Shown here: piece by piece, positions 51,079-62,080 of the stretch
How positions within the stretch are numbered: position 1 is the stretch's first letter
Layout of the letters: each line of letters starts with the position of its first letter
Assembly (NCBI GenBank): GCA_963798375.1
Contig: CAWCTG010000007.1
Span: forward strand, 77,586 to 141,585
DNA from: Candidatus Binataceae bacterium
GTDB lineage: Bacteria; Desulfobacterota; Binatia; Binatales; Binataceae
Length of the DNA: 64,000 bases
Reading direction: 5' to 3'
Notes under the pieces: generated by a model
The model's database searches: none
Told to the model about the DNA's origin: nothing
The model's input: the letters and a program-made list of their open reading frames with translations, nothing else
Made by a program: the position numbers and the translations under genes

Positions 51079-51858
51079 TTACGACAGATCCACCGGCAGC
51101 TCAAGGTAGTTCTTGAAGATGAAATCGCGATGCTCGATCAGGATCGGACTGGTCGCGGCGACGATGGTGGGCTCGGTCGCTGTGAACATATCGCGAATTC
51201 TCTGCGGCATCGGACATAGCTCGGGCGCGAGCGGTCTTATCATATTCGAAAAAGCGGCCCAATAGACGTCCATCGCCGACAGAGAGTCGCCAATAAAGAA
51301 TCGGCTGCCGCGAGCCTTCTGCTCCTGGAGCCGCGCTGCGAGCGCGGTGAGACCCGATACGACTCGTTCGGTCGCGCGTTTTCCGATTTCCGGGGTGTAG
51401 CCGTACTTCTTCCCGAGATATGCCGAGACGCCTGCCGGATCGCCACCGGGTTTCGCGAGTGCCTCGTGCACCCCCCGCAGCCGTTCGGTCCATCCAATAC
51501 CGTTCTCGCCGCATAGCTCGTTGCAGTAGCCGAACATCAGGATTCGGTCCTCGCGGCGCTCCGGGATAAGGCGTGGCGTCGGTGCCAGCCGCTCGGCGAG
51601 ATTGAGCTGATCGATCCACGTGGTACGCGGGCGTTCGTCGTTCCATGCCATGACGGGAAAGCTGTCTTGCGCGGTCCATTCCTGAAGGGTCTGGGTCGGC
51701 GTGCCGAAGACGTGGCCAACCCGCGCGTGCGGGAGTTGCTTGATATGCAGGATGCCCTTGAGCGCTTCGCCCCATGGGCTCGGTATGTACGCCAGCGTGA
51801 CGATTCGGAGTCCGCTGGCGCGGCGCGCCTGTTCGATATCGATTCTTTTTGGTTTCAT
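51079..51858 (-). CDS. hypothetical protein (possibly a GST-fold-like cytosolic protein)
   Basis: 259-aa ORF with protein-like composition and no confident family call. Confidence 0.35.
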   Translation of the reverse strand: MKPKRIDIEQARRASGLRIVTLAYIPSPWGEALKGILHIKQLPHARVGHVFGTPTQTLQEWTAQDSFPVMAWNDERPRTTWIDQLNLAERLAPTPRLIPERREDRILMFGYCNELCGENGIGWTERLRGVHEALAKPGGDPAGVSAYLGKKYGYTPEIGKRATERVVSGLTALAARLQEQKARGSRFFIGDSLSAMDVYWAAFSNMIRPLAPELCPMPQRIRDMFTATEPTIVAATSPILIEHRDFIFKNYLELPVDLS

Positions 51859-51886
51859 TGGTGCGACCTCGAATCAGCGTATGCGA

Positions 51887-52174
51887 TCAAGCGGCGTTCA
51901 GCCTTTTGACGCGCCGAAGGGCCGGATTCTTTCGGGCGCGGTAAAGGTCGTACTGCTGCTGCATGTTGAGCCAACTCTCGGGCGATGAATCGAAAGCGAT
52001 AGCGAGTCGCAACGCCATCGAGGGGCTGACTCCCGACTTGCCGTTGAGCAGTTCCGACAGAGCCTTGCGGGTCACGCCGAGACTCCCGGCCGCCGCAGTC
52101 ACAGAAATGCCCAGCGGTTGGAGGCACAACTCGCGGATCACTTCGCCGGGATGTGGCGGATTGTGCATAGTCAT
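51887..52174 (-). CDS. higA: HigA-family antitoxin (XRE HTH), second copy
   Basis: [34 protein letters not shown]. Confidence 0.8.
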   Translation of the reverse strand: MTMHNPPHPGEVIRELCLQPLGISVTAAAGSLGVTRKALSELLNGKSGVSPSMALRLAIAFDSSPESWLNMQQQYDLYRARKNPALRRVKRLNAA

Positions 52175-52186
52175 TGCGGGACTCCT

Positions 52187-52474
52187 TCAATGATAGTCGA
52201 GATAGTCAACGTCGAGCGCTTCACCGTCTTCGAATCGAAAAATGACTCGCCAGTTTCCGCTTACCGACACGGACCAGAATCCCGAAAGCCGGCCTGTCAG
52301 CCGATGAAGGCCAAGACCTGGCAGCGCCACATCCTGAACTCTTACGGCGGCGTTCAGTACGCCGAGGATCAGCCGGAGTCTCTTGTTGTACTCGGGTCTG
52401 ATGCCGGCGTTGCTTCCGGTTTCAAAGAATTCGCGCAGTCCCTTATGGGCAAACCCGCGAATCACGAAACTCAC
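52187..52474 (-). CDS. higB: HigB-like RelE/ParE toxin, second copy
   Basis: MSFVIRGFAHKGLREFF...NWRVIFRFEDGEALDVDYLDYH is paralogous to the toxin at 18223..18498. Confidence 0.8.
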   Translation of the reverse strand: MSFVIRGFAHKGLREFFETGSNAGIRPEYNKRLRLILGVLNAAVRVQDVALPGLGLHRLTGRLSGFWSVSVSGNWRVIFRFEDGEALDVDYLDYH

Positions 52475-52561
52475 TGTAACCCATAACGTAATAGGTTACA
52501 ATGCCAAGGTGTTGATTCGCCACATCCGCACCGGCTGTCGCCGCGGCATGGCGTTAGCCGG

Positions 52562-53878
52562 CTAGGTGCCGGATTCCCAGCTTGCCAAGTACTTGCGCTG
52601 CTCGGCGGTCAGCGTATCGATCTTGAGGCTCATCGCGGCCAGCTTCACGCCGGCGATTTCCTCCTCGATCTCGACCGGCACCTCGTGAACCTTGACCGCG
52701 AGCTGCGCGCCCTTTGCCACCCACTCCGACGCCATCGCCTGCGTCGCGAAACTCATGTCCATGACCTGTGCGGGATGGCCCTCGGCGCAAGCGAGGTTAA
52801 CCAGCCGGCCCTCGCCGAGGAGATAGACGATGCGCCCGTTGGACAGATGGTAGGCGTCGATGTTGCGGGTGACGTCGCGATCGATCTTTTTCGCGGCGTC
52901 GTTCAGGTAAGCGACGTCGATCTCGATATCGAAATGACCCGAGTTGCTTAGGAACGCGCCATCCTTCATCAGGCCGAAATGCGCGGAAGTGAGCACGTGC
53001 TTGTCGCCGGTCGCGGTGATGAAAATGTCGCCGACTTTCGCCGCCTCGACCATCTTCATCACGCGGAATCCGTCCATCGCGGCTTCCAACGCGCGTATCG
53101 CGTCCACTTCCGTGACGATTACGTCGGCGCCAAGCCCGCGCGCGCGTGACGCGATGCCGCGCCCGCAATAGCCGTAGCCCGCCACCACCACGACCGAACC
53201 CGCGATCAGAACGCCGGTCGCGCGGATGATGCCGTCAAGCGTGGACTGGCCGGTGCCATAACGATTGTCGAACAGATGCTTGGTCTGTGCGTCGTTGACC
53301 GCGACTACCGGAATCTTGAGCGCGCCATCCTTGGCCATCGCGCGCAGCCGGATTACTCCGGTGGTCGTTTCCTCCATGCTTGCCTTGACGCCGCCGGCAT
53401 GGCTGGCGAACTCGGTGTGAAGCAGGCTGACGAGGTCGGCGCCGTCGTCCATCGTGATCGTCGGACGGCGTTCGAGCACGGCGCGCAGATGGCCGTAGTA
53501 GGTGTCGCGATTTTCGCCGTGGATGGCAAAGGTGGGGATGCCGTACTGATCGACGAGCGCCGCCGCGACGTCATCCTGCGTCGAGAGCGGGTTGGACGCG
53601 CAGGCGAGCACTTCGGCGCCGCCCGCTTTCAGGGTGCGGAGCAGGTTGGCGGTCTCGCAGGTGATATGCAGGCATGCGCCCAGGCGCTGGCCCTTGAGCG
53701 GCAGTTCTTTCGCGAATCGCTCGCGCAGCCGGCGCAGCACGGGCATCTGTTTGTCGGCCCATTCGATCCGCTTGCGTCCGGCCTCGGCGAGTCCGAGGTC
53801 ATGCACGTCGAAGTCGCGTCCGCTTCCGTTGGCGCGGGATTTAGGGATTGCTTTGAGCTTTCTTGCCGTCGTGGCCAT
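52562..53878 (-). CDS. ahcY: adenosylhomocysteinase
   Basis: Full-length AhcY with an NAD-binding GYGYCGRG-type motif and a conserved C-terminus. Confidence 0.9.
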   Translation of the reverse strand: MATTARKLKAIPKSRANGSGRDFDVHDLGLAEAGRKRIEWADKQMPVLRRLRERFAKELPLKGQRLGACLHITCETANLLRTLKAGGAEVLACASNPLSTQDDVAAALVDQYGIPTFAIHGENRDTYYGHLRAVLERRPTITMDDGADLVSLLHTEFASHAGGVKASMEETTTGVIRLRAMAKDGALKIPVVAVNDAQTKHLFDNRYGTGQSTLDGIIRATGVLIAGSVVVVAGYGYCGRGIASRARGLGADVIVTEVDAIRALEAAMDGFRVMKMVEAAKVGDIFITATGDKHVLTSAHFGLMKDGAFLSNSGHFDIEIDVAYLNDAAKKIDRDVTRNIDAYHLSNGRIVYLLGEGRLVNLACAEGHPAQVMDMSFATQAMASEWVAKGAQLAVKVHEVPVEIEEEIAGVKLAAMSLKIDTLTAEQRKYLASWESGT

Positions 53879-53930
53879 CGTGTTCAAACTCCAAAAGTTT
53901 CGGTCTGGTTTGGTGGAGAGCGCGGGGCTA

Positions 53931-55118
53931 TCAGCCGCGGCCGTCGAGGCCGAACGCGTTGCGCAGAGTCTCGGCCATATCGACCCGCTCCCACGGGAAC
54001 AGCCCGTCATGCGGAATGCGGCCGAAATGCCCGTAGGCTGCGGTCGGCTGATAAATCGGGCGCTTCAAGTTCAGCGTCTTGATGATTCCGGCGGGCCGGA
54101 AATCGAACAGCTCGCGCAGGGTGGCTGAGAGTTTGTGCTGCGGCACGATGCCGGTGTCGAAGGTATCGATGAGTATCGAGACCGGCTCGGCGACGCCAAT
54201 CGCGTAGGCGACCTGGATTTCGCATTTGGTGGCGAGTCCCGCCGCGACCACATTTCTAGCCACGTGACGCGCCATGTAGCAGGCCGAACGATCGACCTTG
54301 CTCGGGTCCTTGCCCGAGAACGCACCGCCGCCGTGACGGCCGTAGCCGCCGTAGGTATCGACGATGATTTTGCGGCCGGTGAGTCCGCAATCGCCATGCG
54401 GTCCGCCGATGATGAAGCTGCCGGTGGGATTGACGTGATAGACCGTGGCGCGGGTCAGGTACTGTTCGGGAATCGTCTTCTTGATCAATTCCTCGATGAC
54501 CGACTCGCGGATTTTTTCGTATTTGACGTCCGGCGAATGCTGCGTCGAGATGACGACCGCCGTCACTTCGACCGGCCGGCTATCGGCGTAGCGCACCGTG
54601 ACCTGGCTCTTCGAGTCGGGACGCAGAAAATCGAGCTGGCGGGTTTTGCGCAGCTTGGTGAGATTTTCCATCAGCCGATGCGCCATCGCGATCGGCAGCG
54701 GCATTGCCTCCGGCGTCTCGTCGCACGCGAAACCGAACATCAGGCCCTGATCGCCGGCGCCCTGTTCCTTGTGCAGTCCTTGTCCCTCGGTGACACCCTG
54801 CGAGATATCGGCCGACTGCGGCTCGATCGCGGTCAGCACCGCGCAACTGTTGCCGTCGAAACCAACCTCGGTGCTGTTGTAACCGATTTCGACCGCCGTC
54901 TGTCGCGCGATTCTTACATAGTCGAGGCGCGCGCGGCTGGTTATCTCGCCGGCCAGCACGATAAGCCCGGTCTTGGCGAGCGACTCGAGCGCGACGCGCG
55001 AGTCGGGATCCTCGGCGATGAGCGCATCGAGCACGGCGTCTGAAATCTGATCGCACATTTTGTCCGGATGGCCTTCGGAGACCGACTCGGACGTGAACAG
55101 GAAATCCTTAAGCGGCAT
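53931..55118 (-). CDS. metK: S-adenosylmethionine synthetase
   Basis: [25 protein letters not shown]... is a MetK signature. Confidence 0.9.
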   Translation of the reverse strand: MPLKDFLFTSESVSEGHPDKMCDQISDAVLDALIAEDPDSRVALESLAKTGLIVLAGEITSRARLDYVRIARQTAVEIGYNSTEVGFDGNSCAVLTAIEPQSADISQGVTEGQGLHKEQGAGDQGLMFGFACDETPEAMPLPIAMAHRLMENLTKLRKTRQLDFLRPDSKSQVTVRYADSRPVEVTAVVISTQHSPDVKYEKIRESVIEELIKKTIPEQYLTRATVYHVNPTGSFIIGGPHGDCGLTGRKIIVDTYGGYGRHGGGAFSGKDPSKVDRSACYMARHVARNVVAAGLATKCEIQVAYAIGVAEPVSILIDTFDTGIVPQHKLSATLRELFDFRPAGIIKTLNLKRPIYQPTAAYGHFGRIPHDGLFPWERVDMAETLRNAFGLDGRG

Positions 55119-55403
55119 TCGCGATTGCTCCTTGAAAAGCGCCTTCTCGGGTGGCCCGTCGCAGACCGGAATTCAACTTATGCGGGCGGCGCGCGGGACT
55201 GAGGAGTTCAATTGAGTTTTGTTCCAGAGGGTCAGCGTAGGCGCTTGCCGGAGAGTAAAAAGTGAAAAGTGAAGAGCGAAAAAACGGCAGCGCGCCTCAA
55301 TATTTTCGGGTAGTGAAGGGTATAACTGACCAATCGGACAGAATCAAGATGGCGGGCGGCGGGCGCTGTGCGGTTCGCCGCGACTGGTCGAATCAGCGGG
55401 TGC

Positions 55404-55682
55404 TCATTCCTCACCGAAGCGCTCGTCGAACAGGCTCTGGACGGCTTTGAGAGCCTCGCGCGCGTCGGCGCCTTCGGCACGGACTTTGAGCTTGGAGCCC
55501 TGGGCTGCCCCCAGCATCATCAGGCTGGTCATGCTCTTGGCGTTGACCAGGTTCTTGCCGCGGCCAATCATGACCTGCGAGGCGAATTTTGCCGCCGTCT
55601 GCGCCAGTGCGGATGCGGCCCGCAGATGAAGTCCGAGCCGGTTCCTGACCTCCACGGTCGCCTCCGCAACGCTCACGAGCAT
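55404..55682 (-). CDS. ptsH: HPr-family phosphocarrier protein
   Basis: VEVRNRLGLHLRAASALAQTAAKF contains the His-15 region (GLHLRAA). Confidence 0.75.
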   Translation of the reverse strand: MLVSVAEATVEVRNRLGLHLRAASALAQTAAKFASQVMIGRGKNLVNAKSMTSLMMLGAAQGSKLKVRAEGADAREALKAVQSLFDERFGEE

Positions 55683-55725
55683 TACGATAAAGGTATCGCC
55701 GACTTCGGTAAACACGAGCGCGCGA

Positions 55726-57180
55726 TCAATCCGCTCCCGGTATTGTCTGCGCCGTGCGCGCAAGCTCGACGCCGGCCCGGTGCCCGCTCACTTCATTGCC
55801 GGCATGATACTCCAGCGGGATGAAAAGCACTGACGACATCAACGCCAGAACTCCCATGACCACAAAGGCCGGCGTGAAATCATGCACCGACAGATGGGCC
55901 GCGCCGCGCCCGCCCAGGCTGATGTGGAGCACCATCGCGCCGACAGCCACACCGAGGCTCAGGAACAGTTGCTGCGCCATGCTCGCCAGAGTGTTCGCGC
56001 TGCTCATCGACGAGTTGGGCACGTCGGCATAGGCCAGGCTTCCCAGCGCGGTGAATTGAAGCGAGCGGAAGAATCCTCCCGCCAGCAGCGCCAGCACGAT
56101 GACGAAGTGAGCCGTCGTCGAGCGGAACAGCGCGTAGCTCATCATGATGAAAGCGCTGAGCACGCCATTGCCGATCAGCACCGAGCGAAATCCCAGGCGG
56201 CGGATGATTGGTGGCGCCGTGGCCTTCATTAACATGGCGCCAGCGGCGCTGGCGAACGTCAGCAGTCCCGAAGCGAACGGAGTGAGTCCGAAAACCAACT
56301 GCAGCAGCATCGCCAACAAGAAGGGCAGTGCGCCGATGCCCATCCGAAAAAGTCCCCCGCCCAGCGTGGCCGCGGAGAAGGTCGGGAGTTTCATCAACCC
56401 CAGATCGATGATCGGATAGTCGATGCGCTGAGCGTGAAGGATGTAGAGCGCCATGCACATGCCGCCGCCGGCCATCACGCACATGATGATACCGGCGGGG
56501 ATGACGCCGCGGCCGATCGACTCGAAGCCGAAGACCAGGCCCGCCAGTCCCAGGCCGGTCAGCAGAAAGCCCCGCCAGTCGAGCGGGAAGATCTTATTCT
56601 CGAGGATGTTGGGGATGTACCAGGTGACCAGCGTGATACCGATCGCGCCGATTGGCACGTTGATGAAGAAAATCCAGCGCCACGAATAATAGGTCACGAT
56701 GAACCCGCCGATCGGCGGCCCGACCACCGGTCCCAACACCGCGGGCACGGTCAAATAGGACATCGCCGTTACCAGCTCGGACTTGGCCACGGTTTTCAGA
56801 ACGATCAGACGGCCGACCGGCACCATCATCGCCCCGCCGAAGCCCTGCGCAATACGCGCGGCGACCAGCTGCGGCAGCGATTGCGACACTCCGCACAGCA
56901 CTGAGCCGATCGTGAAGATCACGATCGCGGCGCGAAAGACCGTGCGCGCGCCGAATCGATCCGCCATCCAGCCGCTGATCGGAATAAAAACCGCCAGGCT
57001 CAGCAGGTAGGAGGTGATCGCGAGGTTGAGCTTGATCGGATCCTCGCCCAACGCCTTGGCCATCACCGGCAGCGCGGTCGAGATGACCGTCGAGTCGAGC
57101 ATCTCCATGAACAGCGCGCAGCCGACGATCATCGGCGCCAGGAACTCGAGCGGAGAGATTTTGAAGAGCCTCGGACTCAT
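55726..57180 (-). CDS. MFS transporter, DHA2 (EmrB/QacA) family, 14-TM
   Basis: MEMLDSTVISTALPVMAKALG...GWMADRFGAR are DHA2 signature motifs. Confidence 0.85.
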   Translation of the reverse strand: MSPRLFKISPLEFLAPMIVGCALFMEMLDSTVISTALPVMAKALGEDPIKLNLAITSYLLSLAVFIPISGWMADRFGARTVFRAAIVIFTIGSVLCGVSQSLPQLVAARIAQGFGGAMMVPVGRLIVLKTVAKSELVTAMSYLTVPAVLGPVVGPPIGGFIVTYYSWRWIFFINVPIGAIGITLVTWYIPNILENKIFPLDWRGFLLTGLGLAGLVFGFESIGRGVIPAGIIMCVMAGGGMCMALYILHAQRIDYPIIDLGLMKLPTFSAATLGGGLFRMGIGALPFLLAMLLQLVFGLTPFASGLLTFASAAGAMLMKATAPPIIRRLGFRSVLIGNGVLSAFIMMSYALFRSTTAHFVIVLALLAGGFFRSLQFTALGSLAYADVPNSSMSSANTLASMAQQLFLSLGVAVGAMVLHISLGGRGAAHLSVHDFTPAFVVMGVLALMSSVLFIPLEYHAGNEVSGHRAGVELARTAQTIPGAD

Positions 57181-57303
57181 CGGAGCAGATCACGCATCGG
57201 CGCCAATCACGATATGTAAATCGGCGCAACCGGTAAACGGCCCGCTCCCCGCGGATTCGCGCGGATCAAGTTTTGGAGGAACTACCGAGGCCGGCGCTCG
57301 CGG

Positions 57304-58542
57304 TCAGTTTCCGAAGTCCCAGCTCTCCCCGGCGTGATACCGTCCCAGCACGTTCTTCGCGACCAGGATCCTGTGGACCTCGTCCGGGCCGTCCGCCAGC
57401 CGCAGCGTCCTGGCCCCCTGGTACATCGCCGCCAGCGGCAGGTCGCCCGAGACGCCCGCCGCGCCCCACACCTGGATCGCGCGGTCCACCACCCGCTCGT
57501 AGGCCGCCGGAACGAAGATCTTGATCGCCGAGATGTCCGTGCGCGGGTCGGCGCCGCTGTCCATGCGCTCGGCGCAGTGGATGGTCATCAAGCGCGCCGC
57601 CTGGATGTCGATGTAGGAGTCGGCGATGAACCCCTGAATGAACTGCTTGGTCTCGAGCTTGCCGCCGTGCACCTCGCGCATCGTGGCGCGCTCGACCATC
57701 AAGTCAAAGGCCCGCCACATCTGCCCGATCGAGTTCATGCAGTGATAGACGCGCCCCGCCCCGAGACGATCCTGGGCGGCCTGATGGCCCGAGCCCGCCT
57801 GGCCGAGCTGGTTTGTGAGCGGCACGCGCACGTCGTCGTAGATGATCTCGCAGTGGTCGCTCGGCCGGCCCCAGATCTCGACGCCGCGCACGATGCGCAC
57901 GCCCGGCGTGTCCTTGGGCACGATAATCTGCGTCATGCGGCCGTTGTCGTCGCCTTTCCCTCCGGTGCGGCACATGACGATCAGGAAGTCGGCGCGAAAC
58001 CCGTTCGAGGTGAACCATTTGTGCCCGTTGATCACCCACTGGTCGCCCTCGCGGACTGCCGTGGTTTTGATCGACCGCGGATCCGAGCCCGCAGAGTCGG
58101 GTTCGGTCATCGAGAAGCCCGACTCCATCTTGCCCTCGGTAAGCGGCACCAGCCACTTGCGCTTCTGCTCCTCGGTGCCGTACTTGAGCAGGATCTGCTG
58201 GTTCCCCGAGTTGGGCGCGACCACCCCGAACAGCGCCGCCGCTCCCATGCTGTAGGCCAGCACTTCGTTCATGTACGCATGCTCCAGGAAGCCCAGCCCC
58301 GACCCGCCGTACTCGGGCGGAAGATGGGGCGCCCAGAGGCCCGCCTTCTTCACCTTTTCTTTGATAGACTCGCGCAGGTCCCGAGCGCTGTGCCGCTCCT
58401 CCTCCGTCGAGCCCTCGCGCCACCCCGCCCACAGCTTGCCCTCGTTGGGCAGGATATCGCGGTTGACGATCTGCGCCGTGAGCGCGCGGATCTCATTGAT
58501 GCGGGGGTCGAGCGCCGGGATAGGTTTCACGTTCATATGCAT
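57304..58542 (-). CDS. acyl-CoA dehydrogenase family protein
   Basis: ACAD N-terminal, middle and C-terminal domain motifs (GFSMTEPDSGSD-like, ...ERVVDRAIQVWGAAG). Confidence 0.85.
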   Translation of the reverse strand: MHMNVKPIPALDPRINEIRALTAQIVNRDILPNEGKLWAGWREGSTEEERHSARDLRESIKEKVKKAGLWAPHLPPEYGGSGLGFLEHAYMNEVLAYSMGAAALFGVVAPNSGNQQILLKYGTEEQKRKWLVPLTEGKMESGFSMTEPDSAGSDPRSIKTTAVREGDQWVINGHKWFTSNGFRADFLIVMCRTGGKGDDNGRMTQIIVPKDTPGVRIVRGVEIWGRPSDHCEIIYDDVRVPLTNQLGQAGSGHQAAQDRLGAGRVYHCMNSIGQMWRAFDLMVERATMREVHGGKLETKQFIQGFIADSYIDIQAARLMTIHCAERMDSGADPRTDISAIKIFVPAAYERVVDRAIQVWGAAGVSGDLPLAAMYQGARTLRLADGPDEVHRILVAKNVLGRYHAGESWDFGN

Positions 58543-58888
58543 GATGGCTTCCTCTGTGTGCTCAAGCGTAGCATGGCAACGCCGTTTTTGACTTCCTTCA
58601 AAACATGTCCGCTGGCGATGTGATTTGCTCCATGCGCAGGCGATTCACTCATCAGCGTTTATAGCCCGCTTCGCCGCAATCGCAAAACCCCACGCGCGTT
58701 GCTCGCTTGCGCGCGCCGTAGGGCGAGCACGGAGCCTTTCCCATTGCATCATTCCGACCGAAAGTCTTTTTTTTGTGTCATCCCGAGCCCTTCGACTTCG
58801 CTCAGGGCAGGCTCCGCCGAGGGACCCCGGATCTGCTTCCTTGCCTCTCCCTGACTGACAGGGAGAGGCCGCGCAGCGTCGGGGCGCG

Positions 58889-59935
58889 TCAGGTGCCGTT
58901 GCGGCCGGACGTGCTGCGAACCGCGCCGGCTTCGGCGTCGCCCTTGATCTGCGCGCTGAACAACTCGCGCAGCCGCGATTCGATTTGCGAGTCGCGGGTC
59001 GTGCCCTCGCGCCGCCGCCATGCTCGCAACGGGATCACCGCTTTGGACATGTTGCGATGCCCGCCGGCGCTGCCGATATCGGCGAACAGACTCTTCACCG
59101 CCTCGCCCGCGTTGTCGCCGCTCATGCCGTGATTGCGCACACTTATCACCAGCTTGCCGCCGAGCTTGCCCGCGACCGCCACCCACGCCACGCCCTCGAA
59201 TTGCAGGCAGAAGTCCGCCATCTGCACGATCAGGTCGTCGCGCTTGACGCGGCCGAGATTGAGCACGACCAGCCGATCCTTGACCACCATCCGTTTCATC
59301 GCGCGCGCCAGGATTTGGGCGAAACTAAGCGGCAGCTCGGGACGATCGATCTGCCGGAGCAAACTGTAGTTGGCCAGTGGAACCAGACGCGTGAACGCTT
59401 GCAGGTCGTCGTCGGTCACGCGGCGCGACAACGCCAAAGTGTCGCTGCGAATTCCGTAGAGCAACGCAGTTGCCAGCCGCTCGCTGATTTTTTCGTCCGC
59501 CGTGACCAGGTACTCGGTCATGATTGTCGCCGTCGCGCCGTATTTCGTGCGCACGTCCTCGAACGCGGCGGCGCCGCCGGGGTAACCGGTATGATGATCG
59601 ATCACAATATCGGCGCGCGGAATTTTCTCGCCGAAGTACGGCGGCTGAACATCGACCATCGCAATCTTGTCGAAGGCGCGCAGCTCCTCCGTATCGGCCG
59701 GCAGGATTTCGATCTCCAGCAGATGCTCCATGGTGAGATTTTCCGGCCGCGTCACGGGCTTGAATGCGAACAGCGGCGTGGTCTGCTTGTTGCGCCCGAG
59801 CAGCGTACGCAGCGCCATCGCGCTCGCCATCGCGTCGGGATCGGGATCGTCCTGCAGCACGATCGCAACCCGATCGCCTTCGCCGACCATCGCGCGCAAT
59901 TCCTTGATTTTCTGCCTGGTGAACGCCTGATCCAT
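58889..59935 (-). CDS. DHH/DHHA1-family phosphoesterase (NrnA-like)
   Basis: DHH motif region IVIDHHTG and a C-terminal DHHA1 GGH motif (GSAGGHRNM). Confidence 0.75.
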   Translation of the reverse strand: MDQAFTRQKIKELRAMVGEGDRVAIVLQDDPDPDAMASAMALRTLLGRNKQTTPLFAFKPVTRPENLTMEHLLEIEILPADTEELRAFDKIAMVDVQPPYFGEKIPRADIVIDHHTGYPGGAAAFEDVRTKYGATATIMTEYLVTADEKISERLATALLYGIRSDTLALSRRVTDDDLQAFTRLVPLANYSLLRQIDRPELPLSFAQILARAMKRMVVKDRLVVLNLGRVKRDDLIVQMADFCLQFEGVAWVAVAGKLGGKLVISVRNHGMSGDNAGEAVKSLFADIGSAGGHRNMSKAVIPLRAWRRREGTTRDSQIESRLRELFSAQIKGDAEAGAVRSTSGRNGT

Positions 59936-60166
59936 AAGATGAAATATTCCCGCGCCGCCTCGAGCGACGACGGGTGAAGTCGTTGGTTTAGCCGCGGATA
60001 GCTCGAGTACGGGCGTTTGGGGCGCGATCGGCTCTAATAGCGGGACCGGCGGTCCGAAAATGCAAGCGGTCGTCCCAATCCTGGCGAGCCGTGGAAGAAT
60101 TCATCGGTTGTCCGGAAATACCACAGCGCAAAGAGTTGAAGCAATGATATAGAATAACAGCCGTCT

Positions 60167-60418
60167 ATGGATTCCACCGATTCGCATTCCGATAAATTTC
60201 ACTGTGCGATCTGCCGCCGCGCATTCGCCGAGTGGTTGCTGCGCATTTCCGTCGAAGATACCGCGGGCTTTCGCCAGCAGGCCTTTATCTGCGGCAACTG
60301 CGCGGTTAAACTCCGGCTCGCCTCGGAAAAAAATCGCGACCTGCAGATCGATCCATGGATACACGAGGCGGTCGCAAGCGTGTTGCGCGGCAAGAATCCC
60401 GACAAACCGGAAAGCTAG
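60167..60418 (+). CDS. hypothetical small CxxC...CxxC protein
   Basis: HCAICRRAF...ICGNCAV; 83 aa. Confidence 0.3.
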   Translation: MDSTDSHSDKFHCAICRRAFAEWLLRISVEDTAGFRQQAFICGNCAVKLRLASEKNRDLQIDPWIHEAVASVLRGKNPDKPES

Positions 60419-60448
60419 GCGGGCTGGTCTAAGGAAGAAAACCAATCG

Positions 60449-62080
60449 ATGGCGGACGCATCGAGATCCGGCGGTTCGGATAAGTCCGGTCCGCAACCCG
60501 GCAACGCGGCCGGCGCGGAACTATGGCCACGTGAAGAAGCCCGGCGGCTTGCAGAGCGCGTCGCAGCCTACGAGCCCGCTCGTCCGGTAATTTTCCAGAG
60601 CGGCTTCGGGCCGTCGGGATTGCCGCATCTGGGCACGATGGCGGAAATCCTGCGTCCGTCGTTCGTGCGCAAGGCGTTTCATCTGATCGAGCCGTCACGG
60701 CCGTCGCGGCTGATCGTTTTCATCGACGATCTCGACGGACTCCGCAAAGTGCCGGAGAACCTGCCGAACCGGGTGGACGTCGAGCAATATCTCGGCATTC
60801 CGGTTTCGAAGATCCCCGACCCGTTCGGATGCTGCGCCAGCTTTGCCGATCACATGATCGGGCTGCTCGGCGGATTCCTGGCGCCGGTCGAAGTCGAGTA
60901 CGAACTGATGCGCGCGGCCGAGATGTATGCGTCGGGGCGCTTCGACGAGGGACTGAAGCTGATCCTCGAGAAGCACGCGGAGATCATCGCGATCATCGCG
61001 CCGACGCTGCGCGAGGAAAATCGCGCGGGATGGTCGCCGTTCATGCCGATTTGTCCCAACTGCGGGCAGCTTGTCGAGCGAACGGTGTCGGCGTACCACC
61101 CCGAGCGCGGATCGATCGAGTTCAGCTGCGAAAAGGGCGCGGGTGGCAGGCTGGGATGCGGTTTTCGCGGCGAGCAGTCGGTGCTCGGCGGGATGGCGAA
61201 GGTGCAATGGAAGGTCGATTGGGCGCTGCGATGGTACGTGCTCAAAGTCGATTACGAATTGTACGGAAAGGATCTTACCGATTCGGCGCGGCTCTCGGGA
61301 CAAATTCTCCGCGTGCTGGGTGAACGGCCGCCGCTGGGATTTCCGTTCGAGATGTTCCTCGACGAGGAAGGCCGCAAGGTTTCGAAGTCAGTCGGCCGCG
61401 GCGTGACGGTTGAACAGTGGACGCGTTACGCGCCGATCGAGGTGCTCAAATTTTTCCTGCTGCGCAATCCGCGCCGCGCGCGCAAGTTGTTTCTCGACGC
61501 GATCCCGCAATACGTCGACGAATACCTTGACGCGTTGCGCGAATATGCGACCGGGTCGGAAGAACAGCGGCGCGAATCGGCGCTCGTATTTGTCATCCAG
61601 AGCACGACGCCGACGCGATTCAACTCCGAGCTCAGCTTCGCGATGATGACGAACGTGGTCGGCGCGCTGGGTACTTCGGATCGCGAGCACATCTGGAATT
61701 ATCTGGTCCGCTACGACGCCTCGATCGCGGGCGACGCGGAAACGGAAGAAATGGGCCGGCTGCTGATGGAATGCGCGCTCAATTTCTACCGCGATTTCAT
61801 CGTGAAGGAGCCCTACACGCCGTCGGATGCGGAACGCGCGCAGTTGAAAAGTCTTGCGGCGTATTTGATTGAAAATCAGGATGCGAGCGCCGAAGAGATC
61901 GAGAAGAAAATCTACGACCTCGGCCGCGAAAATTACGACAAGCCCGGCAAGATTTTTCCGCTTCTGTATCGATCGATTCTCGGCCAGGAGCGTGGCCCGC
62001 GCCTGGGCGCGTTCATCCGGCTTGCCACGCCGGCCCGTATCGTCGAACTGCTCGACGCAACGATCGCGCGCTCAGGCTAA
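60449..62080 (+). CDS. lysK: lysine--tRNA ligase, class I
   Basis: HLGT (HIGH-type) and KVSKS (KMSKS-type) motifs in a class-I LysRS architecture. Confidence 0.85.
   Translation: MADASRSGGSDKSGPQPGNAAGAELWPREEARRLAERVAAYEPARPVIFQSGFGPSGLPHLGTMAEILRPSFVRKAFHLIEPSRPSRLIVFIDDLDGLRKVPENLPNRVDVEQYLGIPVSKIPDPFGCCASFADHMIGLLGGFLAPVEVEYELMRAAEMYASGRFDEGLKLILEKHAEIIAIIAPTLREENRAGWSPFMPICPNCGQLVERTVSAYHPERGSIEFSCEKGAGGRLGCGFRGEQSVLGGMAKVQWKVDWALRWYVLKVDYELYGKDLTDSARLSGQILRVLGERPPLGFPFEMFLDEEGRKVSKSVGRGVTVEQWTRYAPIEVLKFFLLRNPRRARKLFLDAIPQYVDEYLDALREYATGSEEQRRESALVFVIQSTTPTRFNSELSFAMMTNVVGALGTSDREHIWNYLVRYDASIAGDAETEEMGRLLMECALNFYRDFIVKEPYTPSDAERAQLKSLAAYLIENQDASAEEIEKKIYDLGRENYDKPGKIFPLLYRSILGQERGPRLGAFIRLATPARIVELLDATIARSG

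Noticed and set aside
58760-58880. Hairpin GCCTCTCCCTGACTGACAGGGAGAGGC and a T8 run near 58770, considered as a terminator or REP element
   Set aside because: The hairpin is not followed by a U-tract on the strand of the adjacent gene, and the T-run belongs to a different, weak stem. No confident terminator or repeat-family call could be made.
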